Made by a program: the position numbers and the translations under genes. A DNA stretch of 64,000 bases. Origin: Minisyncoccia bacterium (GTDB lineage Bacteria; Patescibacteriota; Minisyncoccia; Phycocordibacterales; CAIZLB01). The stretch is taken from positions 64,641 to 128,640 of the forward strand of contig JBGSHK010000015.1 in the NCBI GenBank assembly GCA_041752275.1, written 5' to 3'. This document shows, piece by piece, positions 20,759 through 30,736 of this stretch (position 1 is the first letter of the stretch; the number at the start of each line of letters is the position of its first letter). The notes beneath the pieces were generated by a model. It made no database searches. It saw only the letters and a program-made list of their open reading frames with translations, and was not told where the DNA came from.

Positions 20759-23700
20759 TTAAGCTTTATTTACTATAATTTCAAAATCATCTGATTGTGT
20801 TATTTGTATATCATTAGAATTTACAGATTGTTTTATCATATCTATATATACTGAAATATCTTCTTTTATTTTTATTGTTAAATTTATTTTGTCTAAAGGA
20901 ACAAGATTTAATTCTTTTCTCTTTGACTGTATTTCTCTAATTATATCCCTAACTAGACCCTCCACTCTCAGGTCTTCGGTTATGTTTGTATCTAATGCAA
21001 CTTCATCGCCTTCTGTTATGTTTTTGACATTTAATTCATCTTTTATAATATCCGTATAAATATTTTCAATAATTTCTTTTGATACAGATACGGACTCTAA
21101 AGGCTGTCTTACTTTTATACCCGCTTTATTTCGCAAAGCTAAACCTTGCTCTATTATTTGGCGAGTTTTTGACATTTTCTCAAGTACTGAAACATCTTGT
21201 ATATCTTTAAAATCTGGCCAGTTTTCTAGGTGAACAGATTCTTTTATATCTTTTACTTTGGCAAAATCTTTTATAAAAAGATATATCTCCTCAGCCATAA
21301 AGGGTGTAAACGGAGCTATAACTTTAGATAAATTTAATAAAATAATCAAAAGATTTTTAGTAACTATCGAAGCGTCTCCTTCTTCGTCTTTAAAACGATC
21401 ACGACAACGGCGAAGATACCAAGTCGAAAGCTCTTCAACAAAATCCAATATAGGTTTTGCAGCTCTGTCTGTTTGATAAATATCCAAGTTCTCTGTCGCG
21501 TCTTTTATAAGAGTATTGAGTTTTATATCTATCCACGCATCCAACTCATTTTTATTTGAAAAATCGTTTTCAAGATTTATATCAAGATTTTTAACGCCAT
21601 ACATTTCTAAAAATGAAATAGTATTTGAAATCTTATTGAAAAACTTATTATTTATCTCGTTCAACATCTTTTGTGAAAATGCATATTCCTCGGCTCGAGT
21701 CACGGGAGATGAGAGTAAGAAATATCGAAGTGAGTCGGCCCCAAACTCCTCTACTACAGGCACAAGCTCGGCATAGTTACCTAAACTCTTAGACATCTTT
21801 TTACCGTCCTCAGCCAAAACCATACCACTTACTATTACATTTTTAAACGGAGCCTTATCAAATAAAGCCGCTGACATAAATAACATATAGTAAAACCAGC
21901 CACGAGTTTGATCCAAACTCTCAGCTACAAAGTCTACTGTAAGGTTTTGCTTAAAATCTTTTTGCTCTGACTCGTTAAAATCAAATGGATAATGAACAGA
22001 TGAAAAAGGCATTGACCCAGCATCATACCAAACATCAAGTACTTCAGATAATCTTGTATATGTTTCCCCATTTTCCACAAAAACAACTTCATCTATATGT
22101 GGTCTGTGAAAATCAAGCTCGTACTCAGTGTTGTGTGGTATGAATGCAAAATCTATCTTTGCATACTCAGAAGGTTTTGTTTTTTTATAAACTTTTTTTT
22201 CTTTTATTATATCTTCAAGATTATTACCGTCGGCAATATGATGAGTATTGTATACACAACCTTCATGGGTAACTATTAATATATTTTTATCTTTATTTTC
22301 TTTATCTGTTTCATATAAGAACTCGGCAACTCGTTTTTTTACATCGAGAAGACTTTCACCTTTTGGAAATGATTTACTAAACTTTTCTGATATATTTATT
22401 GCATATGTGTTATATATATCATCACCTTGACCATCCAAATCACCATATTGTTGTTCTATGAGCCTCGCATCTATTTTTATCTCTATATCTTTTCCTAATT
22501 TATCTTTTACAACTTGTTTTACTATAGCTGCAGTTTCTCTTGTTCGAACTATTGGAGAAGAATAAATCACATCTGGTATATTATTTTCTGCTATCATTTT
22601 CTCTACTGAAATACGAACATCTTCTTTTCCTTTATCGGTAAGATGATGTCGACTTGAAAACTCTAGTCCTGAACTCATAACAGATTCTATAAGATGAGTT
22701 GCCTCACCGTGTCTCATCGCTGTGTATGTATTTCTTCTTGTTTTACTTTTTATTTCATCAACTGAACCAAGACAGATATATTTATTTACAGACTCTTCAT
22801 TTGAAGACTTCCAAACTGGAAGTGGTGTTCCCCAATAGCGACTACGTGACACTGCCCAGTCACGGTTATTTTCCAACCATGAATGAAGTCTCTTATGTCC
22901 AATCTCATCTGGATACCAGTTTATACTGTTGTTTATTTCTATCATTCTATCCTTAACGGCTGTGGTTTTTATAAACCAAGATGATGTAGCATAGTTTAAC
23001 AAAGGTGTTTTACATCTCCAACAATGAGGATAACTATGAGTGTACTTTTCTTTTGCAAATAAGTACCCGTTGTGAGCAAGATATTTTATAACTTCAATAT
23101 CAGCTTTAGAGTGATCGTCTGACGGTTTTACTTGGCCAGAAAAATCTTTAACTTCAACCGCAAAGTCACCGTGAGTTGTTACATGTTTTATAACCGGCAA
23201 ACCCTCTCTTTGAGCCAGCTTCATATCATCGTCACCAAAGGCTGGAGCTATGTGTACTACACCCGTTCCGTCTGTATCAGTTACAAAATCACCGCTGTAT
23301 ATTTTCCAAGTTTTATCTGTTTTTAAATCTTGGTAATAATCAAATACAGGTTGATATGATAAACCAAGAAGCTCTTCACCTTTTATTTCTTTTATAACAG
23401 AAAATTGTTCACCTTCTTTTTTTAACGTGTCGATTTTTTCAAGAGATGATTTTAAAATAATTATTTTCTTTGAACCTGTGTCTACTTGTAAGTAACTAAA
23501 ATCTTTGTTTATTGCTAATGCCACATTTCCAGGTAGTGTCCAAGGTGTAGTTGTCCAAGCTATGATTGATGAATCTTTATATTCTCCATCAAGAATGTTG
23601 AAATATACATATTCTGAAAGATCGGCAATATCTTTATACCCCTCTGTCACCTCATAGTTTGATAACACTGTCTCACAATGCGGACACCATGGCATAATTT

Positions 23701-24208
23701 TATAGCCCTCATACACCAAACCTTTTTTGTGCAATTCTTTGAAAGCCCACAGATTTGATTCCATGAAAGATGCATCTAGTGTTCTGTAATCATTTTCCAT
23801 ATCTACCCAACGACCCAACTTTGGAATAATCTTTTTCCAGTCATCGCGAAATTTGAAAACTGAAGCTCTGGCTGTTTCGTTGAATTTTCCAACACCAAAT
23901 TCTTCAATATCTTTTTTATCTTTAAAACCTAGAGTTTTTTCTGCCAAACTTTCTATCGGTAGACCATGAGTATCCCAACCCCAAGAACGAGGTACGTTAT
24001 AGCCTCTCATGGTTTTGTAACGAGGATACATATCTTTTATGGCCGAAGGTAAGGCATTTCCAAAGTGAGGAAGACCTGTAGCATATGGAGGTCCGTCATA
24101 ATAACGAAAAACTGCTTGATCCTTATTTTTATCAAGACTTTTTTGAAAAATGTTGTTATCCTGCCAAAATTTTAGTATTGCTGATTCACGCTCATTTGGG
24201 GTTTTCAT
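20759..24208 (-). CDS. ileS: isoleucyl-tRNA synthetase with an inserted histidine-phosphatase (PGAM-family) domain
   Basis: IleRS signature GPPYATGLPHFGNAL (a HIGH-motif variant, HFGN), WGWDTHGLPIE, a CP1 editing region, DVWYDAGSMP and KMSKS (GKKMSKSLGN). Residues ~490-665 form a complete histidine phosphatase fold (RHGEATH ... SSPIVRTRETA ... IVTHEG) inserted between the WGTPLP and DVWYDAG core motifs. Confidence 0.8.
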   Translation of the reverse strand: MKTPNERESAILKFWQDNNIFQKSLDKNKDQAVFRYYDGPPYATGLPHFGNALPSAIKDMYPRYKTMRGYNVPRSWGWDTHGLPIESLAEKTLGFKDKKDIEEFGVGKFNETARASVFKFRDDWKKIIPKLGRWVDMENDYRTLDASFMESNLWAFKELHKKGLVYEGYKIMPWCPHCETVLSNYEVTEGYKDIADLSEYVYFNILDGEYKDSSIIAWTTTPWTLPGNVALAINKDFSYLQVDTGSKKIIILKSSLEKIDTLKKEGEQFSVIKEIKGEELLGLSYQPVFDYYQDLKTDKTWKIYSGDFVTDTDGTGVVHIAPAFGDDDMKLAQREGLPVIKHVTTHGDFAVEVKDFSGQVKPSDDHSKADIEVIKYLAHNGYLFAKEKYTHSYPHCWRCKTPLLNYATSSWFIKTTAVKDRMIEINNSINWYPDEIGHKRLHSWLENNRDWAVSRSRYWGTPLPVWKSSNEESVNKYICLGSVDEIKSKTRRNTYTAMRHGEATHLIESVMSSGLEFSSRHHLTDKGKEDVRISVEKMIAENNIPDVIYSSPIVRTRETAAIVKQVVKDKLGKDIEIKIDARLIEQQYGDLDGQGDDIYNTYAINISEKFSKSFPKGESLLDVKKRVAEFLYETDKENKDKNILIVTHEGCVYNTHHIADGNNLEDIIKEKKVYKKTKPSEYAKIDFAFIPHNTEYELDFHRPHIDEVVFVENGETYTRLSEVLDVWYDAGSMPFSSVHYPFDFNESEQKDFKQNLTVDFVAESLDQTRGWFYYMLFMSAALFDKAPFKNVIVSGMVLAEDGKKMSKSLGNYAELVPVVEEFGADSLRYFLLSSPVTRAEEYAFSQKMLNEINNKFFNKISNTISFLEMYGVKNLDINLENDFSNKNELDAWIDIKLNTLIKDATENLDIYQTDRAAKPILDFVEELSTWYLRRCRDRFKDEEGDASIVTKNLLIILLNLSKVIAPFTPFMAEEIYLFIKDFAKVKDIKESVHLENWPDFKDIQDVSVLEKMSKTRQIIEQGLALRNKAGIKVRQPLESVSVSKEIIENIYTDIIKDELNVKNITEGDEVALDTNITEDLRVEGLVRDIIREIQSKRKELNLVPLDKINLTIKIKEDISVYIDMIKQSVNSNDIQITQSDDFEIIVNKA

Positions 24209-24318
24209 GTATTGGATTATACATTATTTTGGGGATTTTGGGAGGGTTTATATGGTTATATAAAATACAAAATCCCAGCTTTTTATGGCTGAGATTTTTA
24301 TAAGATTTTGAAAATATA

Positions 24319-25065
24319 TTACTCTTGTTGACCTTTTTTCATATAACCTGTAAATGCTTGCATAACCTCAAGTGGTATAGCATATACAACAGTATTTGAA
24401 GCATCTGAAGACATGTCGTTTATAGACTGCAAAGTTCTTAAGTGAAGTGCCCCTGGTACAGCAGATAATGTTCTTGCAGCCTGAGCCATGTTTTCTGATG
24501 CTGCAACCTCTCCTTCTGAGGTTATAATCACGGCTCTTTTCTCTCTTTCTGCTTCAGCTTGTTTAGCAATAGTTCTTTCCATATTCTCAGGTAGTTTTAC
24601 ATCCTTAAGCTCTACAGAAGAAACCTTTAGTCCCCATGAAGCTGATACAGCTTCAACAAGCACCTCTATACGATCTGCTATTTGATCACGACTTGATAAA
24701 AGTTCATCAAGTGTTGCACCACCTACAACATTTCTCATACTTGTTTGAGCATATTGCATCATTGCATATCTAAAGTTCTCTATCTCTAAAATAGCTTTTT
24801 CTGCATCTACTACTTTATAGTAGATCACTGCGTTTACGTTCACTGGTACATTATCTTTTGTGATAGCGTTTTGATCAGGAACATCCACAGCTTTAGTTCT
24901 AAGATCAACTTTTTGATAAGATTGGATGATAGGAAAAACTATTCTCCATCCAGGATTCATTGTTTTATGAAATTTTCCGAACATGAATTTTAATCCTTTT
25001 TCGTATTGGTTAACTTGACGAATTGAGATTAAAAGTAAAATTATTATTGGTATGATTATTTGCAT
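24319..25065 (-). CDS. SPFH/band-7 (stomatin/prohibitin-like) membrane protein
   Basis: N-terminal TM followed by an SPFH domain pattern and a coiled-coil C-terminus (ERTIAKQAEAEREKRAVI). Confidence 0.75.
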   Translation of the reverse strand: MQIIIPIIILLLISIRQVNQYEKGLKFMFGKFHKTMNPGWRIVFPIIQSYQKVDLRTKAVDVPDQNAITKDNVPVNVNAVIYYKVVDAEKAILEIENFRYAMMQYAQTSMRNVVGGATLDELLSSRDQIADRIEVLVEAVSASWGLKVSSVELKDVKLPENMERTIAKQAEAEREKRAVIITSEGEVAASENMAQAARTLSAVPGALHLRTLQSINDMSSDASNTVVYAIPLEVMQAFTGYMKKGQQE

Positions 25066-25082
25066 ATAGGTATTATATCACT

Positions 25083-26549
25083 TTAATTCTTCTTTCTCAT
25101 CAAAGGAAATGCCTGACATTCTCTCAAAGTCTTACCTTCCAAGAAACTAAATAATCTCTCAGACGTTCCGAAACCAAAAGCTGGTGGCATACCATACTCC
25201 ATAGCTTCAACAAAATCCATATCAGCCATCTGTGCCTCATCATCACCTGCATCCCTTAAAGCTTGCTGTGACATAAATCTTTCTCTTTGATCTATAGGGT
25301 CGTTAAGTTCTGAAAATCCTTTTCCTACCTCACTTCCTGCCAATATAACTTGGAATCTTTCCACAACCCTATTATCTTCAACTGACTTCTTTGCTAAAGG
25401 TTCAAGATAAACCGGTATACCAACAAGAAATCCTGGACCAGCTAAAGTCTTTCTTACTTTCTTCCATAACAAATCTATTCCCCTCTCAACTGACAAAGTT
25501 TTTTTATCATATTCAACCTCATTATTTTTTAATTCATTTTCAACTTCATCAACATTTGTATTGTGAACATCTATATTATATTTTTCTTGTATAATCTTTG
25601 AGAAATCATATATCTCCCAGTTATCCTTCAGGTCAAAAGTTAGCCCTTTGTTTTCAAAAGTTGTTTTTCCATATACCTCCTCTGCAATCTTTATGTATAA
25701 TTCTTTAGTCATTTCCATACCTTTTGTAAAGTCAGAGTATGCCTCATAAAACTCTACTTGAGTATAGTCCTGTGCATGCTCTGGAGACATTCCCTCATTG
25801 CGAAATATTCGTCCTATTTCAAAAGTTTTTGGAAGTCCTGCTATCAATAATCTCTTTTGCCATAGTTCACCTGCTGATATTCTCAAGAAGACCTCCATAT
25901 CCAATGCATTATGATGAGTTACAAAAGGTCGAGCATCTGCACCACCTGTAGTATTCTCTAATACAGGGGTTTCTACTTCTATATAATCCTGCTTCAATAA
26001 AAAAGTTCGAATAGTATTCCAAAAAATACTTCTTCTCTTCATCATGTCGCGGTTATCTTTATTTAAAATAAAATCCAAATATCGCTTTCTATATCTCTCA
26101 TCTTCATCTTCTATACCATAAAATGAATCTGGTATAGGTCTTAAACTTTTTGTTAAAAGTCTCCATGTTTTTACAGACAAAGCATTTGTCTCTCTTTTTG
26201 TAACATAAGCTTTTCCTGTAAACTCTATAAAGTCGCCTGTGTCTATAAGTTCAAAAAAACTGTTAATTGTTTCCTCACCCATATTTTCAAGAGATAAAAA
26301 ACATTGTACTTTTTCAGATGTACCATCGATAATATCTACAAAACCAAGTTTACCTTGTCCACGTACTGAGATAATACGACCACCTACTATTATTTCTTTT
26401 TGAGAATCTAAAAGGTCTTTGAAAGAGTCAGTAAACTCTGCATTTGTAGTGTCTATATTTGATTTAACAGGAAAAGCTTCTATTCCCTTGTCTTTTAATA
26501 GTTTTACTTTTTCAGCGCGTGCATCGCGGATGTCGTCTATTGATGTCAT
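25083..26549 (-). CDS. lysS: lysyl-tRNA synthetase (class II)
   Basis: N-terminal OB anticodon-binding domain plus class II motifs 2 (FRNEGMSPEHAQDYTQVEFYEAY) and 3; 488 aa. Confidence 0.85.
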   Translation of the reverse strand: MTSIDDIRDARAEKVKLLKDKGIEAFPVKSNIDTTNAEFTDSFKDLLDSQKEIIVGGRIISVRGQGKLGFVDIIDGTSEKVQCFLSLENMGEETINSFFELIDTGDFIEFTGKAYVTKRETNALSVKTWRLLTKSLRPIPDSFYGIEDEDERYRKRYLDFILNKDNRDMMKRRSIFWNTIRTFLLKQDYIEVETPVLENTTGGADARPFVTHHNALDMEVFLRISAGELWQKRLLIAGLPKTFEIGRIFRNEGMSPEHAQDYTQVEFYEAYSDFTKGMEMTKELYIKIAEEVYGKTTFENKGLTFDLKDNWEIYDFSKIIQEKYNIDVHNTNVDEVENELKNNEVEYDKKTLSVERGIDLLWKKVRKTLAGPGFLVGIPVYLEPLAKKSVEDNRVVERFQVILAGSEVGKGFSELNDPIDQRERFMSQQALRDAGDDEAQMADMDFVEAMEYGMPPAFGFGTSERLFSFLEGKTLRECQAFPLMRKKN

Positions 26550-26591
26550 AGGTGCAGTTTAGCATGTTTTAGGAAATGAAAAAACTCTATT

Positions 26592-28340
26592 CTACATCTT
26601 CTCAACCACCCGTATCCCCAGCACCATCAAACCATGAGTCAATACATCCCTAGTCTTAACACACAAATCCAACAACTCACCATGAACTTTATCATCCTCA
26701 ATGATTTTATTTTTATTATAAAAACTATTAAACCTTGATGCGAGGTCAATCAAATACTGAGCAATATATTGTGGCGCCATTTCATCAATAGCTTTGTAAC
26801 ATATATGATTGTATCTCCAAAGAGTTCTATTAAGATTTTGTGCCTCATTGGACATTTCTTTTTTCACATTAGAAAATTCTAAGCCTTCAGTTTTTTTAAC
26901 TATAGAATTTATACGAACAACAGCATATTGTATATATGGACCAGAATCCCCTTCAAGCGATAAAGATTTCTCTTTATCGAAAACTATATCTTTTCTAAAG
27001 TTTTGTTTAAGTATAGAAAATTTAATACCAGCCACAGCAACATCACGAGATATATTTTTCTTTTCATCTTCTGTTAAGTCACGGTCTTTCATTTTCTCAT
27101 ATGAAGCAGCCATCATATCTTCAACAAGCTCATCTCCAGCAATAATCTTTCCTGTTCTAGAACTCATCTTTTCACCGACCAACTTCATCATTCCATGACT
27201 TACATGTTCCATCAAAGATCCTATCTCTGGCATCAGCATAGTTATAACTTTCTTAGTCACTTTAAAAATATCATTTTGCTCGTTTGCAGTAACAATAATA
27301 CTCTCATCAAAATTCCACAAATCATATTTCATTTTAGCTAAACCTATTTCTTTCGCCTCATATGTCGGTATACCTTTAGCGTTTACAAAGACACGTGTAT
27401 GTAAACCATAATCTTCACCTTTAAATATGATTGCATCATTTTCACCCTTTGCAAATATATTTGATTCTGAATTTAAATTATTTATGACTATATCTTTTCC
27501 CAAAGGAGCCGTAATACTTTCAAAGAAATAATAATCAAATTTTGTCCCTAATATTTCATATAATTCTTCAAATTTCTGTAACGACCATTCTCGTCCTTGA
27601 TCATATAAAAGATTTACCTCTTCATCAGATCTGTCATAAATCTTCTGATTCATAATTTCTATCTCTGATATAACTTTTTTATATTCTTCACTTTCCTCCC
27701 CGTTTTCTTTTGCTTCAGCTAACTTTTTATTGCCCAACACATAGGCCTGTCCTAGAAACTTTACTTTATCTGTTATAGATATAGTCTCACTATCTGGCCA
27801 AGGTGTTTCCATAAAACGAAGTCCCCACATAGTTACAGCAAGATGACGCCCTGTATCTCCTTGATATGAATATCTTTTTACTTCAGCACCAGCAAGCTCA
27901 CCTATACGAGAAACCGCCTCGCCTATAGTGTTAGCCATAAGATGGCCAATATGAAACTCTTTCATTGGATTTGGATCAGTATATTCGTATGCGATCTTTT
28001 TTCCTGTAAAATCTTTATGATAAATATTTTTATTTTTATCAACCTTAAAGTCATCTGTTAAATAAAAGTTTACATATGCGTCAGCTGCTTCAACTTTTTT
28101 GAAAATAGTTTTATCAAGTTGTTGATGTAAATATTCAGTAAGATTTATAGCTACAATTATTGGATTTTGATTAAATACTTTTGATGTGACTAAAGCAAAG
28201 TTAGTATATAGATCCCCCCTATCGATATCTTTGTTTATATCAACCACAAATTTAATTTTTTCCATATCTTCGTCTGAAATATTGTTTATTTTCAAGAAAG
28301 AAATACAGGTGTTTTTTATGAGTTCTGCGATTTGTAACAT
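26592..28340 (-). CDS. argS: arginyl-tRNA synthetase
   Basis: HIGH motif (PMKEFHIGHLMAN), a C-terminal DALR anticodon-binding domain and the typical ArgRS C-terminal ending (GLMVLGIRVVEKM). Confidence 0.85.
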   Translation of the reverse strand: MLQIAELIKNTCISFLKINNISDEDMEKIKFVVDINKDIDRGDLYTNFALVTSKVFNQNPIIVAINLTEYLHQQLDKTIFKKVEAADAYVNFYLTDDFKVDKNKNIYHKDFTGKKIAYEYTDPNPMKEFHIGHLMANTIGEAVSRIGELAGAEVKRYSYQGDTGRHLAVTMWGLRFMETPWPDSETISITDKVKFLGQAYVLGNKKLAEAKENGEESEEYKKVISEIEIMNQKIYDRSDEEVNLLYDQGREWSLQKFEELYEILGTKFDYYFFESITAPLGKDIVINNLNSESNIFAKGENDAIIFKGEDYGLHTRVFVNAKGIPTYEAKEIGLAKMKYDLWNFDESIIVTANEQNDIFKVTKKVITMLMPEIGSLMEHVSHGMMKLVGEKMSSRTGKIIAGDELVEDMMAASYEKMKDRDLTEDEKKNISRDVAVAGIKFSILKQNFRKDIVFDKEKSLSLEGDSGPYIQYAVVRINSIVKKTEGLEFSNVKKEMSNEAQNLNRTLWRYNHICYKAIDEMAPQYIAQYLIDLASRFNSFYNKNKIIEDDKVHGELLDLCVKTRDVLTHGLMVLGIRVVEKM

Positions 28341-28423
28341 ATAGTTTTAATATAGCAGAATATAGGCAGTAAAAAAAGCCGACCTTTAGAAGAGGTAGGC
28401 TTTGGAATGAAAGGAGGTTTTGT

Positions 28424-28945
28424 TTACACTTGACTTTGCATCAACTCGATAATCTGCTTCGAAATTGCATCAACATCGGGAGTCTCGAAAGTAAACCATT
28501 GTTCGTTGGAGTTTGCCTTAACAGTTTGTTGCAAAAGTGACAATGCCATTCTTCTTCCATTGTTTCCTGGCATAAATCGGATATGTATATGAACAATATT
28601 GACTGAACTTAATGCTATGTTCTTGATGTAACTATATGCATCTGTTGCCATATTATCCTCTCTGGTCTGATCGAGAGACTCAATTAAGATAAAGAATTCA
28701 GACAATAACCCGTTACTAATGTTAATAGGGTTGGTGGAAACCTTAATCCAATTTACAGCTTCTAAAAAAGCAAAGTGACCTTGGCCGTAATGTAAAAAAT
28801 GATTCGACTGAAGCTTTTGATAGGCAAAAGAAACAGGATTCGCCTGTAAAACATCCAAGTCTATAAGTTCACGATAAACCTTATCCCTCAAAACAGGATC
28901 CGGACACGAAATATCAAACAGTGTATTTTTTGTTGTAGTACTCAC
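28424..28945 (-). CDS. hypothetical protein with a degenerate Fic/Doc-like motif
   Basis: 173 aa; contains HIRFMPGNNGRRMALSLL, loosely resembling the Fic HxFx(D/E)GNGRxxR motif; local GC is higher than in neighbouring genes. Confidence 0.3.
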   Translation of the reverse strand: MSTTTKNTLFDISCPDPVLRDKVYRELIDLDVLQANPVSFAYQKLQSNHFLHYGQGHFAFLEAVNWIKVSTNPINISNGLLSEFFILIESLDQTREDNMATDAYSYIKNIALSSVNIVHIHIRFMPGNNGRRMALSLLQQTVKANSNEQWFTFETPDVDAISKQIIELMQSQV

Positions 28946-28980
28946 ACAAACAAAATACCACGTATATAAAATAAATCAAC

Positions 28981-29655
28981 CTACTCATTCACCTCCTTCC
29001 ACACCATCTCATGTATAGCATCAATACTCAAAAGTTCACCTTCTGGTGCACAGTCAATAACTATCCAATTATATTTCTTAGCTACATAAAGAAAAGCATT
29101 CGATGCTTTCATCAAGTGTTCCATATCAGCTTCATGAATATCTTTTTTCTTACCTTTTAGATAATCTTTATCCACACGTTCTGCCATAAGTTTTTGGCTG
29201 ATCTCAGGATGCACATAAAGAAAAACTATTTTATCAGGTCTTGGAATATTTAAAATCTTAAACTCGAGATTATCTAGCCATTCTAGATAAGTATCTCTTT
29301 CTACTAAATCATCAATCTTTCCAGCCTGATGTCCCATATTTGAAGAAGTAAATCTGTCACAAATAACATTCATTCCTTGATTAAAACATTTTCTAATATC
29401 AAAAGATCCATCATATCTATCTGTTGCATAAAAAACTGATCCCGCATACGGGCCAGCTTCTTCAGCGGTTCCATATTCGCCATGTAAATATTTTTCAACC
29501 ATTGCACAAGCAGGATTTCCATACCTAGGGAAAGAAAACATTTCAGTCGGTTGACCTTCAGCTATAAACCTTTCTTTTAAAAGTTTTGTTTGTGTCGCCT
29601 TACCTGAACAATCAGTTCCTTCTATTGCTATAAATATTGGTTTTCTTTGTGTCAT
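28981..29655 (-). CDS. tmk: thymidylate kinase family protein
   Basis: P-loop IAIEGTDCSGKATQ, DRF/DRY-like motif (ICDRFTSSNMGHQAG) and a lid region; 224 aa. Confidence 0.6.
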   Translation of the reverse strand: MTQRKPIFIAIEGTDCSGKATQTKLLKERFIAEGQPTEMFSFPRYGNPACAMVEKYLHGEYGTAEEAGPYAGSVFYATDRYDGSFDIRKCFNQGMNVICDRFTSSNMGHQAGKIDDLVERDTYLEWLDNLEFKILNIPRPDKIVFLYVHPEISQKLMAERVDKDYLKGKKKDIHEADMEHLMKASNAFLYVAKKYNWIVIDCAPEGELLSIDAIHEMVWKEVNE

Positions 29656-29675
29656 ATGTTTTTTATTTTTATTTA

Positions 29676-30101
29676 TTACTTACTACCACTACTACCAAAA
29701 GCCCCCTCCCCTCGTGCTGAATCCGACAACTCATCACATTCAACAACTTCAGCATGCAATACCGGCATGATAAGTATCTGTATTATTTTATCTCCCGACT
29801 TAAATTCATAATCTTTGTCAGACAAATTCATCATACCAACATGTATCTCACCTCTGTATCCAGCATCTATGATCCCTCCATAACTTTTAAGCCCATGCTT
29901 ATGTGACAATCCACTTTTATCAAAAAGTATACCTACATAACCGTCAGGTATTTCTATAGCTATACCTATTGGTATCGATTTTCTTTCTCCTTGTTTAAAA
30001 ATCAAATCTTCTGGAATATACAAATCCAAACCTGCATCCCCTGCATAGGCATAACTTGGTATTTTTGCATTGGGATGAAGTTTTTTAAATTTTAATTGCA
30101 T
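29676..30101 (-). CDS. dut: dUTP diphosphatase (dUTPase)
   Basis: dUTPase motifs AGDAGLDLY and GIIDAGYRGEI; 141 aa. Confidence 0.8.
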   Translation of the reverse strand: MQLKFKKLHPNAKIPSYAYAGDAGLDLYIPEDLIFKQGERKSIPIGIAIEIPDGYVGILFDKSGLSHKHGLKSYGGIIDAGYRGEIHVGMMNLSDKDYEFKSGDKIIQILIMPVLHAEVVECDELSDSARGEGAFGSSGSK

Positions 30102-30112
30102 ATATTTATGTA

Positions 30113-30628
30113 TTAATATTTTGTAATATTTTTATCAAGTATTTCAAGTTTTACTTTTGTTTCTTTAAAAATTCTTTTACTTTGAGCTGATGCTTGATAA
30201 TCTTGTTTTGCAACAACTCGTATAATACCAGCGTTAATAATAAGTTTTGCACATGTATAACATGGTGTCATCGTACAGTACAAAGTTGCACCTTGAAGTG
30301 ACACGCCAACACGTGATGCTTGTATCAACGCATTTTGCTCTGCGTGTATAGTTCTTATGCAGTGCATAGTTTCAGTTCCATCGTCATGGGTTACTTTATG
30401 CATCTCATGTCCAACCTCATCACAATGTTTTGCACCCTGAGGCGAACCTACATAACCTGTAGTTAGTATACGTTTGTCTTTTGTTATGACACATCCTGAT
30501 CTACCTCTGTTGCAAGTTGCTCTATGCCCTATAGTTTCAACCAGCTCCATAAAATATTGGTCCCAGGATGGTCTAGTTTTTTGTTCTGGTTTTTTACCTG
30601 TTTTTACGGTTGCGGTTTTTTTATCCAT
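30113..30628 (-). CDS. dCMP deaminase (cytidine/deoxycytidylate deaminase family)
   Basis: Zinc-binding HAEQNA and PCYTCA motifs; 171 aa. Confidence 0.8.
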   Translation of the reverse strand: MDKKTATVKTGKKPEQKTRPSWDQYFMELVETIGHRATCNRGRSGCVITKDKRILTTGYVGSPQGAKHCDEVGHEMHKVTHDDGTETMHCIRTIHAEQNALIQASRVGVSLQGATLYCTMTPCYTCAKLIINAGIIRVVAKQDYQASAQSKRIFKETKVKLEILDKNITKY

Positions 30629-30736
30629 TAGATAAATTATAGCATTTTGACTTTTTTGAGGTATGCTTGACTTTTGTATACAAATTATGTTATAATATAT
30701 AAGCTAAAGTAAGCAAACTACCGATACTACCGAACC

